Positions 26,851 through 34,570 of a DNA stretch of 36,993 nucleotides are shown here, piece by piece (position 1 is the first letter of the stretch; each line of letters starts with the position of its first letter). This DNA comes from Pseudomonadota bacterium (GTDB lineage Bacteria > Pseudomonadota > Alphaproteobacteria > Acetobacterales > Acetobacteraceae), in NCBI GenBank assembly GCA_021808185.1, contig JAKBCB010000001.1, positions 1-36,993 of the forward strand. The letters are read 5' to 3'. The translations under genes were made by a program, and so were the position numbers. The notes under the pieces are model-generated. The model was given only the letters and a program-made list of their open reading frames with translations, searched no databases and was not told where the DNA came from.

Positions 26851-27192
26851 TCAGGCGGGCGGTGTCTCGCTGCCAGCCGCAAGCGGGATCGCGGTGAGTG
26901 CCTTGCCGACGCCGCTGCCCGAGGTCTTGGCCGAGATGCGCGATGACACCACCGCCCCCGCCGCGCGCCGCGCGACGGTGGCCTTGGCCGCGTCTTTCAC
27001 CGGCTTGGCATCGGCCGCCGGCTTGGCGCGCTTTGCCGGCTTGGGTGGCGCTTCCACGGGCGCGCTGGCCCGCGCCTCGGCGGCGAGGCTGTCCATGGCC
27101 GCGAACCAAAACGCCTCACCGGTGCCTTGCGGCCGGCCAGCCTGTTCCCACAGCAGATAGGCGCGCTCACGGATCAGGCTGTCGAGGTCCAT
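26851..27192 (-). CDS. DUF2934-domain small protein with Lys/Ala/Pro-rich tail
   Basis: IRERAYLLWEQAGRPQG…FWFAA signature, with an AGGAG RBS. Confidence 0.87.
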   Translation of the reverse strand: MDLDSLIRERAYLLWEQAGRPQGTGEAFWFAAMDSLAAEARASAPVEAPPKPAKRAKPAADAKPVKDAAKATVARRAAGAVVSSRISAKTSGSGVGKALTAIPLAAGSETPPA

Positions 27193-27445
27193 GGGTGGCT
27201 CCTGTGCCAGACGGGCGGTTCATGCGGGCGGGCGCCGCGCGATTCGCGGCGATTCGTCTCCCCGGACGGATCATGCCGGCGGGTTGCTGCGCTGCAACAC
27301 ATTATGGCGTGCAATCGCCCGCGCTGTTCGCCATAGGGTTGCGGGAATTCGCATGCGATTGCATGTCATGCGCGACAGCGGCGACGGAGGTGCGATTATT
27401 TGGCATTTTTTCATAAAAAATACGATTTTGTATTGCAATAAATAA

Positions 27446-27574
27446 TTGAACACGCCTATTCTTGAATTCGCAATCATCGGGGCGGGCGTGTCCGGGCTGG
27501 CGGCGTCCGCGCATGGCATCGGCTTCAGGGTCGGCGCCGATGGCCATGGCGGGACGCTGGTCGCGGTGGTCTGA
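27446..27574 (+). pseudogene. Possible remnant of an FAD-dependent oxidoreductase gene (42 codons)
   Basis: Hand translation from TTG: LNTPILEFAIIGAGVSGLAASAHGIGFRVGADGHGGTLVAVV*. It has a canonical GxGxxG dinucleotide-binding start but stops immediately afterwards. Confidence 0.4.
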
Positions 27575-27581
27575 GCCGCGC

Positions 27582-29522
27582 TCAGAACCCCCAGGCAACG
27601 CGGGAGTCGTTGCCGCGCCGCAGCGCGCGGTAGCGGGCCAGCGCGAACAGCGGGAAGAACAGCCGGTAGCCGTGGTAGCGCAGATAGAACACGCGCGGGA
27701 AACCCACCGCCGTGTAAGGCGCCTCCTCCCACTCCCCATCCGCGCCCTGGTGCGCCGCGAGCCAGGCGATGCCGCGCGCCACCGCCGGGTGCGCCGCCTC
27801 CCCCGCCGCCATCAGGCCGAGCAGCGCCCAGGCGGTCTGGCTCGGGTTGCTCCGGTGGTAGGTGCCGGCGGGCGCCTCGGCGTAGGTCTCGTTGTCCTCA
27901 CCCCAGCCGCCATCCTCGCGCTGGGTGGCGAGCAGGAAGGCCGTGGCGCGGCGCATGGCCGGATCGTCCGCCGCAACGCCGGCCGCGTTCAGCGCGCACA
28001 GCACCGACCACGTGCCGTAGATGTAGTTGGTGCCCCAGCGGCCAAACCAACTGCCGTCCGGCATCTGCTCGGCGCGCAGCCACGCGAGCGCCCGCGCCAG
28101 CACCGGATCGTCCGCCGCCATACCGATCTGGGCGAGAAAGGACACGCAGCGCGCGGTGACGTCAGCGGTCGGGGGATCGAGCAGCGCGCCATGATCCGCG
28201 AAGGGGATGTGGTTGAGGAACATCTTGTCGTTGTCGGCGTCGAACGCGCCCCAGCCGCCGCCCCGGCACTGCATGCCGACGATCCAGTCGCGCGCGCGGG
28301 CAATGGCCTCGGCGTGCGAGGGATCGCCCTGCCGGTGGAGCAGCATGCCGACCACGGCGGTGTCGTCCACGTCCGGGTAGTGCGGGTTTTCGTACTGGAA
28401 CGCCCAGCCACCGGGCACCGCATCCGGGCGTGCCCGCGCCCAGTCGCCCACCACGTCGAGCACCTGCTTGCCGCGCAGCCAGTCCGCCGCGTGGGCGACG
28501 GCGGGGCTCGCCGCCCCCTCGGCCTCGGCGATGGCGTGGCCGGCGAGCCCCGTGTCCCACACGGGCGACAGGCAAGGCTGGCAGTACGCCCGGTCCTCCT
28601 CGATCACCAGCAGCTTGCGCACACTGGCCCAGGCGGTGGCGGCATCCGGGTGATCGGGCGGATAGCCGAGCGTGTCGAACATCATCACCGTGTTCGCCAT
28701 CGCCGGGTAGATGGCGCCCAGGCCGTCCTCGCCGTTCAACCGCTCGGTGACGAAGCGCACCGCCCATGCCTCGGCACGGCGGCGCAGGGCGGCGGGGAAG
28801 GCCGGCTCGACGACCTGCAGCACCGCGTCCAGATGCTTGAAGAAGCGGCCCCAGCCGGAGCGGAACGGGCCACGGATCCAGTCGCGGATCTGCGCGGGCG
28901 GCGTGCGGAAAAGTTCCGGCACATGCACCCCGCGCGGGTTGCGGGCGCGGGGCTTGCGCGCCATCAGCACGGCGAGCGGCACGATCACCGTGCGCGACCA
29001 GTAGCTGACCTTGTCCAGATGGAACGGGAACCAGCGCGGCAGCAGCACCAGTTCCACCGGCATCACCGGCACCGCGCGCCATGGCACCTCGCCGAACAGC
29101 GCAAGTTGCGCACGGGTGAACACGTTGGCCCGTTCCGCGCCGCCGGCGGCCAGGATCGCCTCACGCGCGCGGAGCATGTGCGGCGCGGCGGGGTCGTCGC
29201 CGATGATCTTCAGCGCGAAATACGCCTTGACGCTGGCCGAGATGTTGAACGCGCCGTCGTGGAACAGCGGCCAGCCGCCATGCGCGCCCTGGGTCTGGCG
29301 CAGATACACGCCGATCTTGCGTTCCAGTTCCGGCTCGATGCGGTCCAGGAAATGTTCGAGCAGGACGTATTCGGCCGGAATGGTGGCATCGGCTTCCAGT
29401 TCGAACACCCAGTGGCCATCCGGGTTCTGCCGCCGCAGCAGCGCGGCCTGGGCACCGGCCACGGCATGATCGACGCGATCGAGAGAGATGGCGGTGTCCG
29501 GCGGCATGGCGGTTCCGTTCAC
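27582..29522 (-). CDS. shc: Squalene-hopene cyclase
   Basis: QNPDGHW, ELEADATIPAEY, catalytic YPDVDDTA, QW repeats (QMPDGSWFGRWGTNYIYGT, QREDGGWGE) and GFPRVFYLRYHGY. GTG 29522 overlaps the hpnE stop (alternative ATG 29507). Confidence 0.97.
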   Translation of the reverse strand: MNGTAMPPDTAISLDRVDHAVAGAQAALLRRQNPDGHWVFELEADATIPAEYVLLEHFLDRIEPELERKIGVYLRQTQGAHGGWPLFHDGAFNISASVKAYFALKIIGDDPAAPHMLRAREAILAAGGAERANVFTRAQLALFGEVPWRAVPVMPVELVLLPRWFPFHLDKVSYWSRTVIVPLAVLMARKPRARNPRGVHVPELFRTPPAQIRDWIRGPFRSGWGRFFKHLDAVLQVVEPAFPAALRRRAEAWAVRFVTERLNGEDGLGAIYPAMANTVMMFDTLGYPPDHPDAATAWASVRKLLVIEEDRAYCQPCLSPVWDTGLAGHAIAEAEGAASPAVAHAADWLRGKQVLDVVGDWARARPDAVPGGWAFQYENPHYPDVDDTAVVGMLLHRQGDPSHAEAIARARDWIVGMQCRGGGWGAFDADNDKMFLNHIPFADHGALLDPPTADVTARCVSFLAQIGMAADDPVLARALAWLRAEQMPDGSWFGRWGTNYIYGTWSVLCALNAAGVAADDPAMRRATAFLLATQREDGGWGEDNETYAEAPAGTYHRSNPSQTAWALLGLMAAGEAAHPAVARGIAWLAAHQGADGEWEEAPYTAVGFPRVFYLRYHGYRLFFPLFALARYRALRRGNDSRVAWGF

Positions 29523-30760
29523 GATGCGAGCAGGGTCTCGGCGGCGGTGCGGCCGGAGCGGATGGCACCTTCGATCGTCGCGGGCAAGCCGGTGGCCGTC
29601 CAGTCGCCGGCCAGGGCCAGATTGCGCCATGCCGTGCGCGCGGCCGGCCGCAGCGCCTCCTGCTCGGCCGTCGCGGCATGGGTCGCGCGGCGTTCCTTGA
29701 CCACGCGCACCAACGGCATCGGCCCGGCCAGGCCGAGCGCCGCGCGCACATCGGGCCATACGCGCGCGGCAATCTCCTCGGCCGGGAGATCGACCAGATG
29801 GTTGGCGGCACTGATGGTGACGGAGACAACCTGGGGGCGGACGAAGATCCACTCGGCGGTGCCGCCGATGACGCCGACGAAGCCGGCGGGGCCGGGATCG
29901 GCGGTGGTGAGGAAATGCACGTTGAGGATGGCGCAGAACGCGGTGGGCACGACGAGGCCGGGCAGCAGATCGGCCGCGACCCAGGCGGGAACCGCCAGCA
30001 CCACGCCGTCCTCCGGGCGAAGCTCAACCGTCCCGTCCGGCGTCTCCAGCGCCGTCACCCGCGCGGCGTCGCGCCGCAGGGCCGCGACGCGGGTGCCGGT
30101 GCGGCAGCGCGCCCCGCGTGCCGTGAGCCACGCCAGCGCCGGATCGACGAAGCTTTCCGACAGGCCGACGCGCGGCACCAGCGGGCGGCAGGCAGCGCCC
30201 CCCTGCATCAGCGTCTCGCGCACCACGGCATCGAGCAGGCGCGCCAGCCCCGTGTCCGTGGGCGTGTTCAGCGCCGCGATGGCAAGGGGCGCGAGCAGCC
30301 GGCGGACCAGCACGCCGTCCCCGAGCACCTCGTCCACCGTCCGCCCGGCACCCGCCCGGCGCAGCGCGAGCAACGCCAGATAGTCGCCGGCCCGCGTGCC
30401 GGGCACGCGACGGCGGCGGGACACTATCCACCACGGCAGCCGGCCGCGATTGGGCGCGACGATCCAGCGCGCGCCATCGGCGAGATCGACGAACGGAAAC
30501 AGCGGCGCCGCGGGCCCCGTCAGCGCGTCCGCGGCACCGACCTGCGCCAGATAGGCGGCCACGGCACGGTTGCCGGACAACACCAGATGATTGCCGTTGT
30601 CGATGCGCAGACCGAGGGCGCGATCCAGATACGACCGGCACCGCCCGCCGGCCGCCGGCCCCGCCTCGTACAGCGTCACACGCCGCCCCGCCGCCGCCAG
30701 CGACAGCGACGCGGCGAGCCCGGCGAGGCCTGCGCCGACGACGTGGACTTGGCCCGTCAT
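29519..30760 (-). CDS. hpnE: Hydroxysqualene dehydroxylase HpnE
   Basis: VVGAGLAGL, GGRCRSY, IDNGNHL, KERRAT and LAGDWTATGLPATIEGAIRSG. Directly upstream of shc. Start ATG 30760. Confidence 0.93.
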   Translation of the reverse strand: MTGQVHVVGAGLAGLAASLSLAAAGRRVTLYEAGPAAGGRCRSYLDRALGLRIDNGNHLVLSGNRAVAAYLAQVGAADALTGPAAPLFPFVDLADGARWIVAPNRGRLPWWIVSRRRRVPGTRAGDYLALLALRRAGAGRTVDEVLGDGVLVRRLLAPLAIAALNTPTDTGLARLLDAVVRETLMQGGAACRPLVPRVGLSESFVDPALAWLTARGARCRTGTRVAALRRDAARVTALETPDGTVELRPEDGVVLAVPAWVAADLLPGLVVPTAFCAILNVHFLTTADPGPAGFVGVIGGTAEWIFVRPQVVSVTISAANHLVDLPAEEIAARVWPDVRAALGLAGPMPLVRVVKERRATHAATAEQEALRPAARTAWRNLALAGDWTATGLPATIEGAIRSGRTAAETLLAS

Positions 30761-30911
30761 GCGCGCGCCCCGGGCTGTGGCAACGCGGTATCGCCACCGG
30801 CACGTCGCGCGCGCGGCTTGGGTCGGGTCATGCTGGGCTCCAGGCTGGGCGGTGTCGGGGCGATACCCTCTCAGCCCCGCGCGGCGGCGGCAACCATGCG
30901 GACGCTGACAG

Positions 30912-32078
30912 TCATGCGTCGGCCGAGACGGCAGCCCGGCCGGCGGCGAGTTGCAGGCGGTACGCCTCGCGGCAGACCTGGACCCACTGATCCAGTTCCA
31001 GGTCCGAAGCCTGGTCGGCGGGGGCAAAGCGATCGACATAGCCGATCAGGAAACCGGGCAGATGCTCCTCGACGGTGCCGCCCGCGTGCTCGGCGTCCGC
31101 GAGGGTGACAAACAGCAGCGTGTTCGGGCCATAGCGGCGGATCGCCATGGCGAGGGGAAACACCTCCTCCTCCGGCATGGCCGCCATGCCCTTGAAGACG
31201 AAGATTTTTTCCGCCGTCTCCAGATCCTCGAGCAGCTTGCGCACCAGGAAGGGAACCCGCCGCGCCTCGCGCAATGCCACCTCGTCGGCTGTCATTTCGC
31301 CGGCGGCGACCCAGGCGTGATAGAGAAAGCCGAAGCGGCCATCCTCGACCATGTATTCCCGTCCGTTCGACGACAGCCGCGCCGTGATCGTCTCCTTGCG
31401 GCCCATGCCCTCGAACCGCGCCTCCAGCGCGTCCAGCAGAAATGGCAGCGGCGTGGAGGAAAAGCGCAGCAGGCCGAGCGGCTCGGCCCCGCATTGCCGT
31501 TGCACGAGGCCGAATTCGCAGTTCTGCCCAAGGCTTTCGAATTGCAGCATCAGGTCGTGCAGCGGCAGTGCCTGTGCCCGCGCCGCGAGAGCCGGGTCGG
31601 CCGGCGGCGGTTCCAGGCTCGGGAACGCGGGCTCCCTCGCGGGCGAGAGCCGCACCGACGTGAACGCGAGGCCAAGCATGCGGCTGTCCCCGCCGAGCCC
31701 GAGATCGGACGGGCGGGCTGCGTCGGGCAGGTGGAAGGCGATCCGCAGCGACGCCTCCCCGTGCAGGGTGACGGCGGCCCAGGGGATCAGGCAGGCGCGC
31801 ACGCAAGGCGCGCCGATGGCGAACTCCGCGATCTGCACATCGTTGACCACGACCCGCAGACGCTGCGCGGGCAGCGTGCCGGGCACCACCAGGGGGCGGA
31901 ATGTCAGCACCATCACGTAGGAAGCAGGCCGGCTCAGCGCCGGCAGGACCAACACGCTCTCGGTGCCGATTGTCCAGGTCTCGTCCGGTTCGGGCGTGGA
32001 CCAGCCGGCGGCGCAATATGGCGCGGCGTTCCCGCGCGCCCGGAAGTCCAACCCGATCTCGTCCGGCTCCGGCCTCAT
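30912..32078 (-). CDS. Two-domain hypothetical protein: beta-sandwich-like N-domain plus SLGxNC-motif C-domain
   Basis: N-domain GWSTPEPDETWTIG…PSDLGLGGDSRMLGLAF. C-domain FESLGQNCEFGLVQR…EPLGLLRF…LLEDLETAEKIFVFK…GYVDRFAP. Start estimated at ATG 32078. Confidence 0.78.
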   Translation of the reverse strand: MRPEPDEIGLDFRARGNAAPYCAAGWSTPEPDETWTIGTESVLVLPALSRPASYVMVLTFRPLVVPGTLPAQRLRVVVNDVQIAEFAIGAPCVRACLIPWAAVTLHGEASLRIAFHLPDAARPSDLGLGGDSRMLGLAFTSVRLSPAREPAFPSLEPPPADPALAARAQALPLHDLMLQFESLGQNCEFGLVQRQCGAEPLGLLRFSSTPLPFLLDALEARFEGMGRKETITARLSSNGREYMVEDGRFGFLYHAWVAAGEMTADEVALREARRVPFLVRKLLEDLETAEKIFVFKGMAAMPEEEVFPLAMAIRRYGPNTLLFVTLADAEHAGGTVEEHLPGFLIGYVDRFAPADQASDLELDQWVQVCREAYRLQLAAGRAAVSADA

Positions 32079-32402
32079 CGGCACAATCAAGCCCCACCGC
32101 AACTGCAAGGTTGCGGTGGAGTCGCGGCCAAACGGACCGCAGCACGTCGCCTTCCGCCCCGTCGGCCAGCCACCGCCGCCTCCCTGGAATATCGGCATCA
32201 CGTCGGGTCTGGTCCAACCGGCGTGCCAATGTGTTCCCGTGCAGGTAGCGAGAGCGCCATCAGTTTGCAATACGGGATCATCTCTGCGCGGTCAGCGGTG
32301 AGCAAAGACGAACGGTGTGCAGTGCCGAACGATGTCTGCCGTGTTGCATTGCGGCACATTGAGTGCTTCAAGTTCCGGGCATCATCAAGGGTAGTGTTGG
32401 AC

Positions 32403-34292
32403 GTGGCAGGCCTGTATTGGTTGCCTGAACCGCAGGAATGGCGCTCCCGGTTGGCCGGCTTCGTCGCCGCCGGCGAACCCGCCTGGGACAGCGCGGTGGC
32501 GCTGGCGAATCTGCGGCTGGATTTCGTTCGCACCAATGCGCTCGACAGCGCGGTACGCTCGCGCTTTGGCGCCTCGCCCCCGGCCGGACTGACGACCAAG
32601 CCGGTGCGGCTCGCGCTGCTCGGCTCCGGCACGCTCGCGCATCTGCACGCGGGCATCCGGGTGGCCGGGCTGCGGCGTAATATACATATCGAAACATACG
32701 AAAACGACTACGGCCAATACTGGCAGGAAATCGCCGACACCGGCTCCGCCCTGCACGAATTCAATCCGACCACCGTTCTGCTGGCACTCGACGCGCATCA
32801 TCTGGCCGCCGGCGTCACCGCCGCAATGGCCGGGGAGGACGTGGCGCGCGCGGCGGCGGAGGTGGTGGAGCGCGTGGCCGGGTGCTGGCACGGGCTGCGG
32901 GCAGCGTTCGGCTGCCACATCGTGCACCAGCTGCCACTGCCGGTGCATCCGCCGCTGCTGGGACAGAACGAGCAGCGCCTGCCCGGCTCCCGCGCGGCAT
33001 TCGTCGCGCGTGTCGGCGCGGAATTGCGGGCGCGCGCCGAGGCCGAGGGCGTGGACCTGCTCGCGCTCGACCAGCGCGTGGCGCTCGACGGGCTGGATGC
33101 ATGGCACGACGCCGGCATGTGGCATCGCGCCAAACAGGAAGTCTCGCTGGCGGCAACACCGCTGTATGGAGATCTGGTCGCGCGCCTGATCGCGGCCAGA
33201 CAAGGACGTTCGTTCAAGGCCCTGGTGCTCGACCTCGACAACACGCTGTGGGGCGGCGTGGTCGGCGACGATGGCCTCGAAGGGCTGGTGCTCGGGCAGG
33301 GCAGCGCGCTCGGCGAGGCGTTCGTCGCGTTCCAGGACTACGCGCGCGAGCTGTCGCGGCGCGGTGTCATTCTCGCCGTGTGTTCCAAGAACGACGAAGC
33401 CAATGCCGTGGAGCCGTTCGAGAAGCATCCGGACATGGTGCTGCGGCGCGGGGACATCGCAAGCTTCGTCGCCAACTGGAGCGACAAGGCGGCGAACATC
33501 CGCGCCATCGCGCAGGATCTCAACATCGGCCTCGATGCGCTGGTGTTCATCGACGACAACCCGTTCGAGCGCGCGCTGGTGCGCCGCGAACTGCCGATGG
33601 TCGCGGTGCCGGAAGTCTCCGACGATCCGACGGGCTATCCGAGGGCGCTGGCGGATGCCGGCTATTTCGAGGCGCTGGCGATCACCGAGGACGACCGCGC
33701 GCGGTCCTCGCAGTATCAGGCCAACCGCGAGCGCGAGGCATTGCGCGCGACGACGACCGATCTGCCGTCGTATCTGCGCAGCCTGGACATGCGGCTCATC
33801 TGGCGGCGCTTTGACCAGATCGGGCTGCAACGCACGGTGCAGCTCATCAACAAGACCAATCAGTTCAACCTGACCACGCGGCGCTACACCGAGGACGACG
33901 TGCTGGCGATCATGCGCGACCCGCGCGCGTTCGGCCTGCAACTGCGGCTGCTGGACAGGTTCGGCGACAACGGCATCATCGCCATCCTGATCGGCCGCAT
34001 GCTCAACGACACCGATCTGCTGATCGACACCTGGCTGATGAGCTGCCGCGTGCTCGGCCGGCAGGTGGAGCCGACCAGCCTGAACCTGATCGCGGCACAA
34101 GCGAAGGCGCTCGGCGCCACGCGACTGATCGGCGACTACGTGGCCACGAAAAAGAATGCCATGGTGCGCGACCACTACGCCAAACTCGGCTTCGCCCCGC
34201 TCGACGCGGACGCCTTCGGCACCACGCGGGCGGTGCTCGACCTGACCGATTTCGTGCCCGCGGACACATTCATCGACGTGAAGGAAGGCTGA
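32403..34292 (+). CDS. FkbH-like HAD-IIIC phosphatase/glyceryl-ACP transferase
   Basis: KALVLDLDNTLWGGVVGDDG, CSKND, NWSDKAANI, FIDDNPFER, QLINKTNQFNLTTRRY, DRFGDNG and MSCRVLGR. Start GTG 32403 (or 32394); the track ORF from 30951 is over-extended. Confidence 0.94.
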   Translation: MAGLYWLPEPQEWRSRLAGFVAAGEPAWDSAVALANLRLDFVRTNALDSAVRSRFGASPPAGLTTKPVRLALLGSGTLAHLHAGIRVAGLRRNIHIETYENDYGQYWQEIADTGSALHEFNPTTVLLALDAHHLAAGVTAAMAGEDVARAAAEVVERVAGCWHGLRAAFGCHIVHQLPLPVHPPLLGQNEQRLPGSRAAFVARVGAELRARAEAEGVDLLALDQRVALDGLDAWHDAGMWHRAKQEVSLAATPLYGDLVARLIAARQGRSFKALVLDLDNTLWGGVVGDDGLEGLVLGQGSALGEAFVAFQDYARELSRRGVILAVCSKNDEANAVEPFEKHPDMVLRRGDIASFVANWSDKAANIRAIAQDLNIGLDALVFIDDNPFERALVRRELPMVAVPEVSDDPTGYPRALADAGYFEALAITEDDRARSSQYQANREREALRATTTDLPSYLRSLDMRLIWRRFDQIGLQRTVQLINKTNQFNLTTRRYTEDDVLAIMRDPRAFGLQLRLLDRFGDNGIIAILIGRMLNDTDLLIDTWLMSCRVLGRQVEPTSLNLIAAQAKALGATRLIGDYVATKKNAMVRDHYAKLGFAPLDADAFGTTRAVLDLTDFVPADTFIDVKEG

Positions 34293-34296
34293 CACC

Positions 34297-34539
34297 ATGA
34301 GCGAGACCGCGTTCTACCCGGTGCTGACCGAGATCTTCCGCGACGTGTTCATGCGCGACATCGACCTGAAACCGGAACTGACCGCGCATGACGTGCCGGG
34401 CTGGGATTCCTTCAAGCAGATCGAGATCATCGTGGCCCTGGAAGAGCGCTACGGCATCAAGTTCCGCACCCGGGAACTCGATGCGCTGAACAATGTCGGC
34501 GACCTCGCGCGGGCGCTGGCGCAGAAGACCACCGCCTGA
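34297..34539 (+). CDS. Acyl carrier protein (FkbH-associated type)
   Basis: 80 aa acidic protein with IFRDVF…DVPGWDSF…IIVALEERYGIKF…NVGDL (phosphopantetheine Ser in WDS). Starts 4 bp after fkbH. Confidence 0.92.
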   Translation: MSETAFYPVLTEIFRDVFMRDIDLKPELTAHDVPGWDSFKQIEIIVALEERYGIKFRTRELDALNNVGDLARALAQKTTA

Positions 34540-34570
34540 ACCACGCCCACCGCAACCGCGACAGGCACGG

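Noticed and set aside
27462-30383. 973-aa plus-strand ORF
   Set aside because: Antisense shadow of shc and hpnE with no motifs.
30951-32402. Apparent 480-aa N-terminal extension on FkbH (track ORF 30951..34292)
   Set aside because: This part is antisense to the 30912..32078 gene and looks non-protein-like. FkbH similarity begins near 32403, so it is not a novel fusion.
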